Source: an uncultured Sandaracinus sp. (GTDB lineage Bacteria; Myxococcota_A; Polyangia; Polyangiales; Sandaracinaceae). Taken from it: 64,000 bases of DNA. The notes under the pieces are model-generated. The model was not told the DNA's origin, did not search any database, and saw only the letters and a list, made by a program, of their open reading frames with translations. Below, piece by piece: positions 1 through 9,214 of the stretch (the first letter of the stretch is position 1; each line of letters opens with the position of its first letter). Location of the stretch: NCBI GenBank assembly GCA_903828805.1, contig CAIKNO010000330.1, positions 1,096-65,095 of the forward strand, given 5' to 3'. The translations under genes were made by a program, and so were the position numbers.

Positions 1-940
1 TGCCGAGCAGTTGATCGCCCGCGCTCGCCGCAGGCATCCGCACGCGGAAGAGCAGCTCGCGACGCTGACCCGCATCGACCGCCCCGAGCGGCAAGAGCAA
101 GCGGCCCCCGTCGAGGCGTGCGCCCATCGTCGCGCCGGACAGGATGATCACGCCGGGCGCGGGGACGATCTCGATGCGGCCGTTGAGCGCCACCGAACGC
201 TGCAGTCGCATCAGCTCCGTCTCGAGGATCGACGCCATCTGCGACGGCTCGCCGAGGTGGTGCAGCCGGCCCGCGCTCCGCACGACCATCGCGGAGAGCG
301 TGTGCGGATCGTAGTCGTAGCCGACGCCGATGGCGGTGATCTGCGTGCCCCACTCCGTCGCGCGCGACGCGAGGTCCGCGAGGGTGCCCGGGTCCGAGGG
401 ACCGACGTTCGCGTGTCCATCGGAGATGAGGAAGATGCGCCGCACCGGATGCGTGGGCGGAGCCTGCGAGATCCGCGATACGCCCACCGACATGCCGTCG
501 AAGAGGTTCGTGCCGCCGCCCGCGACCAGCGAACCGACCCGCGCCATCAGCGCCCCGCGGGTCGCGGAGTTCACCAGCGTCGGGGGGGCCACCTCCGCGA
601 CCTGGTTCGAGAACCCGTAGATGGAGACGATGTCCCCGTCCGAGAGGGACTCGAGCAGGCTCGAGGCCGCCAGCTGCGCGTTCCGGATCTTCTCACCCGC
701 CATGGAGCCGGACGTGTCGATCACCATCGAGACCGCCATGGGCGCGCGCGCGCGGCTCGGCGGCACGACGTTCGGCGCGTCGACCCACACCCCGACCCAC
801 GCGTCGGAGCCGTCCCCGACCACGATCCGGCCCCGGAGCGGGGCGCCCCCGATCCAGGAGCCGCCCCCTGGCGACTGGGCCTGCACGGTGCCCGCGAGCG
901 CGAGCGACAACCCCAACACGAGCGCCGTCCATCGATGCAT
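1..940 (-). CDS. Secreted von Willebrand factor type A (vWA) domain protein; 3' end lies beyond the window
   Basis: Not in the ORF track because no stop lies in the window. My reverse-strand translation from ATG 938-940 (GGAGG about 8 nt upstream) reads MHRWTALVLGLSLALAGTVQA, a signal peptide. It continues with a MIDAS-type MVIDTSGSM block and GGGTNL and LISDGHANVG blocks typical of vWA domains. Confidence 0.8.
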   Translation of the reverse strand, partial: MHRWTALVLGLSLALAGTVQAQSPGGGSWIGGAPLRGRIVVGDGSDAWVGVWVDAPNVVPPSRARAPMAVSMVIDTSGSMAGEKIRNAQLAASSLLESLSDGDIVSIYGFSNQVAEVAPPTLVNSATRGALMARVGSLVAGGGTNLFDGMSVGVSRISQAPPTHPVRRIFLISDGHANVGPSDPGTLADLASRATEWGTQITAIGVGYDYDPHTLSAMVVRSAGRLHHLGEPSQMASILETELMRLQRSVALNGRIEIVPAPGVIILSGATMGARLDGGRLLLPLGAVDAGQRRELLFRVRMPAASAGDQLLG

Positions 941-1057
941 GAGAGGACCTCCGCTCGCCTTCGACGGCTGGCCCTCCCGGACGATCTAACCGACCCTCGA
1001 CTTCGTCTCCCACCTCGAGATCGACGCGGAGATCGCGGACCCTTCGGCCCCGCTCGA

Positions 1058-1897
1058 TCAGCCGGGCTGCAGTTCAGGACGGGCCCGGAGGTTCTCCGCC
1101 ACGCGCGCCGCGGCCCCCGCGTCCAGCCCGAGCAGCGCCGAGGCGACGAGGATGACGTCCTCGTTCGAAGCCTCGACGGCCCCGACCACGACGCCCTCGC
1201 GCTTGGCGAGCGCGTTCGCCAGGAACACGCACCTCGCCACCGGATCGGCCGCCACGAGATCTTCGCCCCCCTCGATCGCGTCGCGCACCACGCCGTGCAG
1301 ATCCCACTTGCGGGCCACCTCGACACCGAGCTTCCGGTGGGTTCGGGCGACGACGGCGATGAAGAGATCGGAGCCGACGAACTTCCCGTTGCTCAACGCG
1401 GCGGCCCGCTCGGCATCGAGCAAGTAGCTCGCGGCGATCGGCTTGCCGACGTCGTGCAGAAGGCCCGCAGTGTACGCGAGGTCGGAGTCCACGCCGACCA
1501 TGGCGGCGAGGTCGCGCGAGACGAGCGCCACCGCCAGCGAGTGCTCCCAGAGACCGGTGAGGACCTTTTGGAGCGCGGGGTCGCGCGCGTTGAAGAGCCG
1601 CTTGGAGGCCGCCTCGAAGATGACGGAACGGGCACGCTCCATGCCCGAGCGCACGAGCGCGTGCTCGACCGAGCGAACATCCACGCGGCTGCCGAGCGCC
1701 CCGGAACGAAGCACCGACACCGACAGTGCGCTGTCGCGCTCGATCGCCGACGCGACGTTGCGGAACGACACCTCCGGCTTCCGCAGCAAGCGCAACGCCT
1801 GCTCCGCGGCCGCGGGCAGGGGCGGCAACGCGATGGTCCCGGAGCGAATCCGCGCGAGCAAGATCTGCTCGAGAGAATCCGCCAGGCGATCGCTCAC
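1058..1897 (-). CDS. Stand-alone HDOD domain signalling protein
   Basis: Track ORF 1058..2197 trimmed to GTG 1895-1897, which overlaps the TGA (1894-1896) of the upstream gene as GTGA. HDOD-like blocks are present: LPPLPAAAEQALRLL, AGLLHDVGK, THRKLGVEVARKW. The discarded first ~100 aa are Arg/Ala-rich and look off-frame. Confidence 0.8.
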   Translation of the reverse strand: MSDRLADSLEQILLARIRSGTIALPPLPAAAEQALRLLRKPEVSFRNVASAIERDSALSVSVLRSGALGSRVDVRSVEHALVRSGMERARSVIFEAASKRLFNARDPALQKVLTGLWEHSLAVALVSRDLAAMVGVDSDLAYTAGLLHDVGKPIAASYLLDAERAAALSNGKFVGSDLFIAVVARTHRKLGVEVARKWDLHGVVRDAIEGGEDLVAADPVARCVFLANALAKREGVVVGAVEASNEDVILVASALLGLDAGAAARVAENLRARPELQPG

Positions 1898-3321
1898 GGA
1901 GCGCTCCTCGCCTCGTCGAGCGTGTTGTGGACGACGACGTCGGCCGTGTCCTGGAAGCTGCGCATGATGGCCTTCAGCTCGGGCGTGCCGACGACGTGCA
2001 ACGCCAGCCCGCGCTTGCGCGCGGCTTCGGTCAAAGCGAGCACGAAGCGCGTGGCGCGCTTGGGATCGGCGGGCAGCGCCAGCAAATCGGCGACGATCCG
2101 ATCGAAGCACGCCTCGGCCATGCTCCGCGTGATCGCGTCGAACATCGACTGCGCGCGGCGAAGGCTCCGGTCCCGACGCTCCTCGTCGTCGCCGCACGGC
2201 ATCAGGCGGAGCACCTCGTTGTCGACGACGATCGCGTCCTGGCGCTCGAGGTAACGGAACAGCAAGGTCTCGAGCGCCCCCGGGTCGAAGGGCTTGGTCA
2301 GCGTGGAGATGACCTTCGGCGAGCGCAGCAGGGAGTGCTCGGACTCACCCCGCACCGCGAGCGCGATGAACACGGCCTGCGGCTGGATCGCCGCGAGCTG
2401 CGCCACGATCGAGAGGGAGTCGGCCCCTGGGATCTCCGTGTCGACCACGATGAGTCGGTAGTTCGAGACCCGCGCGAGCGCGAGCGCCGCCGTGGGATCG
2501 GTGCTGGCGTCGACCTCGACGCGCTCGCCCGCGAGCGCGCGGAAGCGCACGTGGACGTTCGGGTGATCGTCGATGAGGAGGACGTCCTTGAAGCCGGAGG
2601 GAGGCGCCATGGACGGCATGGTAGGCGCAGCCGTCGGCGATTGCGAGAGTACGCTGGGAAGCGGTGCCGCCTCGACCCCGGCGAAGGGCTTTCTCGCGAC
2701 GCCCAGCGCATCCTCGACGGGCGGCAACTGCATCGGGGGCAGCGACCCGCTGGATGCACCGAACGATGCGGGAGGCATCGCCGTCGGAGGATACGAGACC
2801 GAGACCGCCGCGGGGGCCGAGGGAGGCATCGAGAAGCCCGCGGGGGGCACGCTCATCGAGGGCAGCGAGAACGCCGATCCGCCCGGCGGCATCGACGAAC
2901 CGAGCGGGCCCGGAGCCATGCTCGGCATGGCCCGGGCAGGCGCTGGATAAGGGCCGGGCCGCACCCCGACCACGGTCTTGGCGATCCGGTCGTCGAGGCC
3001 GTTGAGCATCACGGGCTTGAAGAGCAGTTCGCGCGCACCACCGCGCAGCAACGCCGCGATGTGGGCGGTCCGCGTGTCGCGGCTGATCGCGAAGACGGGC
3101 ATCGTGATGCCTCGCCGCCGGAGCTCCTGCATCAAGCTGGGCTCGCCGACGTACGCCAGCTCGTCCTCGAAGAACCCGACGTCGAACGCGCCGCCCTCGA
3201 GCCGCGCGAGCGCCTCGGACGGGTCCGAGGCCCGGACGACCTCGAGGCCGAGCGCGCGGATCGCCTGCTCGAGCGTCTCGAGGGTCCCCGGATCCCGCTC
3301 CATCACCAGCGCACTGCCCAT
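1894..3321 (-). CDS. Dual receiver protein: degenerate REC, Pro/Ser/Met-rich linker, REC, STAS-like C-terminal domain
   Basis: ATG at 3319-3321. The second receiver is canonical (VLLIDDHP, IVVDTEIPG, TKPF). The first has ER in place of the DD pocket (ALVMERD). The C-terminal ~110 aa (RFVLALTEAARKRGLALHVVGTPELKAIMRSF) resemble an anti-sigma-antagonist/STAS fold. Confidence 0.8.
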   Translation of the reverse strand: MGSALVMERDPGTLETLEQAIRALGLEVVRASDPSEALARLEGGAFDVGFFEDELAYVGEPSLMQELRRRGITMPVFAISRDTRTAHIAALLRGGARELLFKPVMLNGLDDRIAKTVVGVRPGPYPAPARAMPSMAPGPLGSSMPPGGSAFSLPSMSVPPAGFSMPPSAPAAVSVSYPPTAMPPASFGASSGSLPPMQLPPVEDALGVARKPFAGVEAAPLPSVLSQSPTAAPTMPSMAPPSGFKDVLLIDDHPNVHVRFRALAGERVEVDASTDPTAALALARVSNYRLIVVDTEIPGADSLSIVAQLAAIQPQAVFIALAVRGESEHSLLRSPKVISTLTKPFDPGALETLLFRYLERQDAIVVDNEVLRLMPCGDDEERRDRSLRRAQSMFDAITRSMAEACFDRIVADLLALPADPKRATRFVLALTEAARKRGLALHVVGTPELKAIMRSFQDTADVVVHNTLDEARSAP

Positions 3322-3370
3322 CGCCTCACCCGTCCTTCGGTTCGTCCGTCGTCCCGGTTGATCGCACGTC

Positions 3371-5152
3371 TCAGATCCCCAGCGCCATCGCGGACCTCGC
3401 GGACGTCCGGGCCTGCGTCAGCAACGCCTTCGGATCCCCCCCCTCGATCTCCGCGATGACCCGTTCGAACTGCGCCTCGTCGAAGCCCGTCGCGAGCGCC
3501 GCGTGCGCGGCCACCTGCGCCGCCCGGACGCGCCGGGCGCCCTCGTCCCGTCCTGGACGCGGCGCAGGATGCCGGGCGACCGCGGCCTCGATCTCCCGGC
3601 CGAGGCCCCATCGACCCACCATGAGCGTCGCGACCGACGTCTGGTAGCGGAACGCGATGTCGGCGACCAGCGCGGCCGATGGCGCGGCGCGCGACGGTCG
3701 CACCACCGCGAGCCGCAGGATCTGCAGCCGGCCGACCTCGTGGAGCAACGCCGCGAGGTAATGGCTCGCGGCATCCTGCGACGCGCCGACGCGGCTCGAG
3801 GCGATCTCGCCGGCGAGGACGGCGGCCCGCCGGGCCGTTCGGGCCTCACCCTCATGCCCCGGGACCTTGAAGATCGGCGCCTGCAAGAACACCGACACGG
3901 CGACCCTCAGCAGATGGTCGAGGCCGAGCCGAGCGACCGCGCGGTCGAGGTCCCGCGGCGTGCGCCCCTGCGCGGAGGTGCTCGCCACCTGCATCACGCG
4001 GCGGGCGAGGTCCGGGTCGCTGCGCACGACGTCGACGACGTCCCGCAGGTCCGGGTCCCCCTTGCGGACGAGCTGGTCGAGACGCCGCGCCGCATCGGGA
4101 AACATGGGCAGATCGAGCGCGCGGGTGCAGGACGCGACGAGCCGCTCGAGGAACTCCCGGTCGCCCGCATCCCGCACCTGCTTGTGCTCCGCGGCGAGCG
4201 CCTTCGGGAGCCGGGACGCGACCTCCGCGGCGTCGTCCCCGAGGGCGCAGTCATGCCGCTCCCAAGGCGTCCCGCGGCCTGCTGCGATCGCCACGTTCGA
4301 CGGCCTTCGAGCCGCCGCCGCCGCGCTCGCCGACGACGCTTCCGTCGCCGCCGAGGCCGTCGTGTCCGCAGCCCCGAAGAGCCTGCGGACCCAGGCCACC
4401 AGCGCCGCCCAGGACGACCACGGCGCCGCGCTCCCCGCCCGAAGGGTGCCCGACGACGAGGCCCGCCCTCGCATGTCCCCGACCCCGCCATCGGGCTGCA
4501 TCGCGGCGAGCGACACCCGCGAGGGGTCCGACGGCTCCGAGCCCAACGAGGATCGCGACGGGAGCGGCGCGTCGTGCAGATCCGGAGGAGGCGCGAGGAT
4601 GCTGCCGCTCGAGGTCGTCGGATCGAAGGCCTTGAGCAACCCCCTGGACTGCGCCCGCCGGAGCAACTCGCCAACCTCGGCCGCCGACACTCCGAGCGCG
4701 AGCGCCGCCGCGATGAGCGTGCTCGCCCCATCGACCACGGACGCGAGCGCCACGAGCCCGGCGTCCTCCTCCGGGACCACGAACGGCTCGAACACCGTGT
4801 CGAGCGGCGGCAGTCCCCACAGGGCCGTGACCCACTCGTCGAGGGTGCGCAGCGCGTCGAGCAGGGTGCCCGTCAACGGCGCAGTCCGCTCGGCGTCCAC
4901 ATCGCACGCGGCGAATTCGAACGCGAGCTTCCGCTCGGCCATCACGCACACGAGCGATTCGAGCAGACGCGCGTGGTCCTCGGCGGCGAGCTCCCCATCC
5001 TTCCAGAAGAGCGTGTAAGGGCCCGTCTGCCCCTGCAGCGTGAGCGCGCCCGTGCGCCGCGTCTGCTCGAGCATCTGCAAGAGCCCCGCGAGCGTGGCGC
5101 CCTCGATGCGACCGGTCAGCTCGGGGGCGCTTCGGAGAGAGCTGGAGTCCAC
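3371..5152 (-). CDS. DUF4388 (PatA-like) N-terminal domain plus C-terminal HDOD domain protein
   Basis: Track ORF 3371..5635 trimmed to the in-frame GTG at 5150-5152, because the upstream part overlaps gene 5247..6227 and is Arg/Cys/Ser-rich. N-terminus GRIEGATLAGLLQMLEQTRRTGALTLQ is DUF4388-like. The C-terminus has HDOD-like blocks LPMFPDAARRLDQL and AALLHEVGRL. The exact start is uncertain. Confidence 0.7.
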   Translation of the reverse strand: MDSSSLRSAPELTGRIEGATLAGLLQMLEQTRRTGALTLQGQTGPYTLFWKDGELAAEDHARLLESLVCVMAERKLAFEFAACDVDAERTAPLTGTLLDALRTLDEWVTALWGLPPLDTVFEPFVVPEEDAGLVALASVVDGASTLIAAALALGVSAAEVGELLRRAQSRGLLKAFDPTTSSGSILAPPPDLHDAPLPSRSSLGSEPSDPSRVSLAAMQPDGGVGDMRGRASSSGTLRAGSAAPWSSWAALVAWVRRLFGAADTTASAATEASSASAAAAARRPSNVAIAAGRGTPWERHDCALGDDAAEVASRLPKALAAEHKQVRDAGDREFLERLVASCTRALDLPMFPDAARRLDQLVRKGDPDLRDVVDVVRSDPDLARRVMQVASTSAQGRTPRDLDRAVARLGLDHLLRVAVSVFLQAPIFKVPGHEGEARTARRAAVLAGEIASSRVGASQDAASHYLAALLHEVGRLQILRLAVVRPSRAAPSAALVADIAFRYQTSVATLMVGRWGLGREIEAAVARHPAPRPGRDEGARRVRAAQVAAHAALATGFDEAQFERVIAEIEGGDPKALLTQARTSARSAMALGI

Positions 5153-5246
5153 AGAGCTGGGCAGAAGGGGATGTCCTCGTCTCGCGTCGGCCGATGAACC
5201 GGCCGAGGAAATGGCTTTCGAATTCGCAAGAACGCCGAAGTCCCCT

Positions 5247-6227
5247 TCAGAGTGCGCCCTCCCCTCGGGTCGGCGCAAGGTCCTTGGAGGGACCGCGCTC
5301 GAGCACGAGAAGCAAGCCTCCGAGCAGGGCTGGCACCTGACCGGTGACGTACCCCGTGAGCGCGACGAGCACCGCCTCGGAGGTCGACACCCCGGCCCCC
5401 GACAGCAGCGCCACCGCGACGCCCTCGCGCACGCCGATCCCGCCGATCGAGACCGGCAGCAGCACGGCGACCACGGTCGCATTGCCCACCGAGAGCAACG
5501 TGCCCCAAGACACATCCACCGCGAGCGCGGCACCGGCCGCCGCAAACGTCGCCGAGAGCGCGAGGTGCGACGCCACCCCGAGGCCGAGCGCCACCATCGA
5601 GCGCGACCACCCCAGCGGATGGCGAGCGAGCGCATCGGCGGCGCGGCCGGCAGGTCCGTGCAGCGGTCCCGGCGCGCGCGCGGCGAGGGCCTTCAGCACC
5701 GCGGGCGCGTGCAGCAAGGCGATCCCCGACGCGGCGACGGCCGCCACGCCGAACGTCACCGGCAACACCATCGGGCCCAGTCCGTCGAGCGCACCGAGCG
5801 GCGCCAGCGCGGCACACACCACCGCCATGCCCACGAGACCGAACAGCTTCTCGACCACCATCACGGACGCGCTGCCCGCGGCATCACCGGTTCGCCGCGC
5901 GACCTCGATGGCGCGGAAGCCATCCAGACCCGCCGTGGACGGGGTGAAGGCCCCGACGAACCGTCCGATCAAGAACGAGCGCACGAGCCACGGCAGGGGC
6001 TGAGCGAGGCCGCGGGCCTGCAACAGCACGCGCCACCTCAGCACCCCCGCGAGCACGGCGGTCAGGTGCAGCCCGACGGCCGCGACGACCGGCCCCGGCG
6101 CGACCGACGACGCCCGCGCGACGAGCACAGGCATCCCCTCCCGCGACGCGACCCCCGACACGAGCCACGCGAGCAGCCCGATCGACACGGCGGCCTTCAC
6201 GGCCAGGAGCCATCGCCCGCGACGCAC
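5247..6227 (-). CDS. Flippase-like / lysylphosphatidylglycerol-synthase TM-region (UPF0104) family membrane protein
   Basis: GTG start at 6225-6227. Polytopic hydrophobic protein with the family-typical LRWRVLL...FLIGRFVGAFTPSTAGLDGFR block. Confidence 0.75.
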   Translation of the reverse strand: MRRGRWLLAVKAAVSIGLLAWLVSGVASREGMPVLVARASSVAPGPVVAAVGLHLTAVLAGVLRWRVLLQARGLAQPLPWLVRSFLIGRFVGAFTPSTAGLDGFRAIEVARRTGDAAGSASVMVVEKLFGLVGMAVVCAALAPLGALDGLGPMVLPVTFGVAAVAASGIALLHAPAVLKALAARAPGPLHGPAGRAADALARHPLGWSRSMVALGLGVASHLALSATFAAAGAALAVDVSWGTLLSVGNATVVAVLLPVSIGGIGVREGVAVALLSGAGVSTSEAVLVALTGYVTGQVPALLGGLLLVLERGPSKDLAPTRGEGAL

Positions 6228-6258
6228 CGACTCTCGCTACCCGCAGGCCCCCACGGGG

Positions 6259-7314
6259 TCAAGTTCCCGGGGCCGCCCCGTCCTGCACGAAGCGCACGGC
6301 ATCGGCGACGTCGTCCTTCGATCCGATGAAGAGCGGCACGCGCTGATGCAGGCCGCCCGGCACGACCTCGAGCACCCGCCCCGCCCCCGTCGACGCCGCG
6401 CCTCCGGCGGCTTCGGCGAGGAACGCCATGGGCGCGCACTCGTAGAGCAGGCGAAGCTTTCCGTCCGGGGACTTGCGGTCCCCCGGGTAGGCGAAGACGC
6501 CGCCGCGCAGCAGCGTCCGGTGGAAGTCCGCCACGAGCGTGCCCACGTAGCGGAGCCCGTACGGCTTGCCGCCCGGTGCCCGCTCGCTCTTCAGCGTGTC
6601 GATCCACGCCGTGACGCCCGGCGTCCAGTGCATCCGGTTTCCCTCGTTGATCGAGTACGTCGCGCCCCGCGCCGGGATGCGGATGTTCTCGTGAGAGAGG
6701 AAGAACTCGCCGACGAGGGGGTCCAGCGTGAACCCGTGCACGCCATCGCCGGTCGAGTACACGAGCATCGTGCTCGAGCCGTAGATGATGTAGCCCGCGG
6801 CGACCTGCTCCGTGCCCGCCTGCAGGCAGTCGGCCTCGGTGCCCGGGCCCGCAGCGGTGACCCTCCGATGGATGGAGAAGATGGTGCCGATCGACACGTT
6901 GACGTCGATGTTCGAGCTCCCGTCGAGCGGGTCGAACATCAGCACGTACTTGCCCTTCGGATAGGCCGGCGGGACGGGGATGATCTCGTCGTTCTCCTCG
7001 CTCGCCATGACGCAGACGTGACCGCCCGCCTCGACGCAGCGGACGAGCACGTTGTTCGCCAGCGTGTCGAGCTTCTGGACCGTCTCGCCTTGCACGTTCA
7101 CGACGCCCGTCGCGCCCAGGACGTCCGCGAGCCCCGCCTTCGCGACGCGGCTGGCGATCACCCTGCCCGCCAGCGCGATCGACTGGAACAGACCGGTGAA
7201 GTCACCGCTCGCACCCGGGATGTGCCGCTGGCGCTCGAGGATGTGGCGATCGAGGGTCCAGCCGAGCTCGTCCGGCGCGCCCGGCGCGATCGAGGAAGGG
7301 TTCGAGGAGATCAT
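6259..7314 (-). CDS. fbp: Fructose-1,6-bisphosphatase class 1
   Basis: 351 aa with ATG start. Class I FBPase blocks are present: GDFTGLF, SEENDEII, FDPLDGSSNIDVNVSIGTIFSI, GKLRLLYECAPMAFL. Confidence 0.95.
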   Translation of the reverse strand: MISSNPSSIAPGAPDELGWTLDRHILERQRHIPGASGDFTGLFQSIALAGRVIASRVAKAGLADVLGATGVVNVQGETVQKLDTLANNVLVRCVEAGGHVCVMASEENDEIIPVPPAYPKGKYVLMFDPLDGSSNIDVNVSIGTIFSIHRRVTAAGPGTEADCLQAGTEQVAAGYIIYGSSTMLVYSTGDGVHGFTLDPLVGEFFLSHENIRIPARGATYSINEGNRMHWTPGVTAWIDTLKSERAPGGKPYGLRYVGTLVADFHRTLLRGGVFAYPGDRKSPDGKLRLLYECAPMAFLAEAAGGAASTGAGRVLEVVPGGLHQRVPLFIGSKDDVADAVRFVQDGAAPGT

Positions 7315-7432
7315 GGTGAATGGCGCTCCAGCGCGGGGTTCTCGATCGAAGGGGGGCGGTCACCCCACGGGGTGCCGAGCGCACGCGGCGCGGATTGGAG
7401 ACTATCGAAGTGAGGCCGGGGGGCAAGTCCGG

Positions 7433-8107
7433 TCAAGGTCCGACGCTCAGCCCGTCGAGGAGCCCCCCGAGCGCGGCGAAACCCGCGACGTCCGACGCGC
7501 CGTCGACGTCCGTGCGCGCGAGGGTCGGCCCGAGATCGAAGAGCAAGGACAACGACGCCGTCCGGTGCGTGCCGTCGAACACGACCCCCGGGGTGTCCGA
7601 GGACCGCCACGGCAACACCCGCACGCGCTCCGCCTCGGAGCGCAGCCTCCGCACCGCGCCGTCGGGCATCGTCCAGGCGAGCTGCATCGTGGGGGTCCCG
7701 TCCACGGGCGCGAGGCGCACCCGCACGTCGCAGTAGCGGCCCGGTACCACGGGCACCGCATCGACCTCGACCCGGTCGGAAGGGGCCACGAGGTCGACGA
7801 CGAACGGGCTGCTCGTGGGCTCTCCGCCGTGGGCCGACGCGCGGCCTGGGCCGAGCCCATCCGGCCACGCGAATCGGGCCGACGCGCACCGCACCAGCGA
7901 GACCTCGGCCACCGAGATCCGGGCCTCGAGGAGGGTCACCGACACGCCCGAATCGGTCGTCGTCCGTGCCTCGCCCGCCCTGCGCCAGGCCACGAACGCC
8001 GCGAGCCCGTCGACCCGCCACGCGCAGTGCGCGAGCAGCAAGAGCGACAGCGTCAGGACGGCGAGGGGGCCCCGGGGCCGTCCGCGCCGGCGGCGCTCAC
8101 CACGCAT
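7433..8107 (-). CDS. Hypothetical exported protein
   Basis: Track ORF 7433..8179 trimmed to ATG 8105-8107. The resulting N-terminus MRGERRRRGRPRGPLAVLTLSLLLLAHCAW is a signal peptide. It overlaps the upstream gene's stop by 11 nt. I recognise no family. Confidence 0.6.
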   Translation of the reverse strand: MRGERRRRGRPRGPLAVLTLSLLLLAHCAWRVDGLAAFVAWRRAGEARTTTDSGVSVTLLEARISVAEVSLVRCASARFAWPDGLGPGRASAHGGEPTSSPFVVDLVAPSDRVEVDAVPVVPGRYCDVRVRLAPVDGTPTMQLAWTMPDGAVRRLRSEAERVRVLPWRSSDTPGVVFDGTHRTASLSLLFDLGPTLARTDVDGASDVAGFAALGGLLDGLSVGP

Positions 8108-8999
8108 CGAACGCGACCCCGCACTCCACGACCGGACCGTCGGAGCGGAACGGCCCCGCGGCCTGGGCGAAGGGCACACGCACCGTCGACCAGATCATCC
8201 AGTCGGCCGCCGGGGTGAACATCAGCGTGGGCGAGACGAAGACGACCGCGGCCACATCGGGCGGGTTCTTCCGATCGCTCCCTCGCTCCGAGGACCCCGG
8301 CGCGGACGGAGCATCCAGCCGTGCGTCGAGCCCCAATCCCAGCGCGAGCATGGTCGATGGCTGCCATTGACCCTGCCACGAGCCGCGGACGCTCGGCCCG
8401 TTCCGGAAGCCACCGAGTCCCTCGGTGGGCACGGCGAGGGTCGCGCCGGTGTGCATCGAGAGGGCCCCCTGAACCCAGCTCCACCCCACCCCGAGCAGCG
8501 GATCGAACGAGCCGGTGCCCGTTTGCGCGTCGAGCGGAAGCAGCACGCCGCGGGCATCGACGGCGGGGGTGGGCGTCGGGAACTGAAGACCCACCTGAGC
8601 CGTCACGCGGTGCGCCGGTGCGAAGGCGCGGTCCTGGAACAGCGTGAAGCGCGCACGGACGTCCGGATCGCCCAGCCCGAGCGTCACGTCGCGCGCGAGC
8701 GTCGGCGTCTCGGTCTCCCGCCACACGAACGGAATGGCCGCCGAGAAGGCGAGTCCATCGACCGGCGCCGCCGACACCGCGAGCGTCGCGCGCTGGTCGT
8801 TCACGTGCGTCCCGTCCTCCGACACCGAGAGGTGCTGCAGCGTCAGCGACCACCGGAGCGCCCCCGCGACCGAGGGCTCGGTGCCCACCCGCATCAACGT
8901 CGGGTCGCCGGTCCCGCAGGTCGCGCAGGCCCGGGCCCGCGGGGCGGGCCACAGCACCGCGGAACAGAGCAGGAGCGAGACGAGAAATGCAGCGCGCAC
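8097..8999 (-). CDS. Outer-membrane beta-barrel protein (MetA-pathway/transporter-like family) with CATCGTGDP motif after the signal peptide
   Basis: Alternating beta-strand-like sequence ending in an aromatic residue (GVAFDAW). I prefer the start at in-frame GTG 8997-8999, giving signal peptide VRAAFLVSLLLCSAVLWPAPRARA. The track start at 9071 is also a GTG and cannot be excluded. Confidence 0.65.
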   Translation of the reverse strand: MRAAFLVSLLLCSAVLWPAPRARACATCGTGDPTLMRVGTEPSVAGALRWSLTLQHLSVSEDGTHVNDQRATLAVSAAPVDGLAFSAAIPFVWRETETPTLARDVTLGLGDPDVRARFTLFQDRAFAPAHRVTAQVGLQFPTPTPAVDARGVLLPLDAQTGTGSFDPLLGVGWSWVQGALSMHTGATLAVPTEGLGGFRNGPSVRGSWQGQWQPSTMLALGLGLDARLDAPSAPGSSERGSDRKNPPDVAAVVFVSPTLMFTPAADWMIWSTVRVPFAQAAGPFRSDGPVVECGVAFDAW

Positions 9000-9094
9000 G
9001 GGCCGCAGCCTTGGTCCTTCGCCCACCCCAGCGCCACGGACAGATTGCCGCACCCCCCGGAGCGAGCCCACGTCCGCTCACGCCATTCCATTTC

Positions 9095-9117
9095 TGCAAT
9101 GCAGAGTTGCAATGCAG
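9095..9117. repeat. Direct repeat TGCAATGCAG-AGT-TGCAATGCAG
   Basis: Two exact 10-nt copies at 9095-9104 and 9108-9117, in a locally AT-richer divergent intergenic region. They lie about 70-90 nt upstream of the sigma-54-like element at 9185. This fits an operator or enhancer-binding-protein site. Confidence 0.5.
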
Positions 9118-9184
9118 GAACGCGGTGCAGCCCCGATCCCCTCCCCGAATGGTGATTTTCGAGGGGAACAGGCCATTCTTCACC

Positions 9185-9199
9185 TGGCACGACCTTGGC
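9185..9199 (+). promoter_or_regulatory. Sigma-54 (-24/-12) like promoter element
   Basis: TGGCACGACCTTGGC compared with consensus TGGCAC-N5-TTGC. GG and GC have the correct spacing, with one mismatch in the -12 box. It is intergenic, on the strand of the downstream gene. Confidence 0.35.
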
Positions 9200-9214
9200 T
9201 ATAGAGCGACGTCG

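Noticed and set aside
3371-5635. The full-length 754-aa version of the DUF4388/HDOD gene.
   Set aside because: The first ~160 codons overlap the 3' part of gene 5247..6227 and are Arg/Cys/Ser/Trp-rich. I trimmed to the in-frame GTG at 5152.
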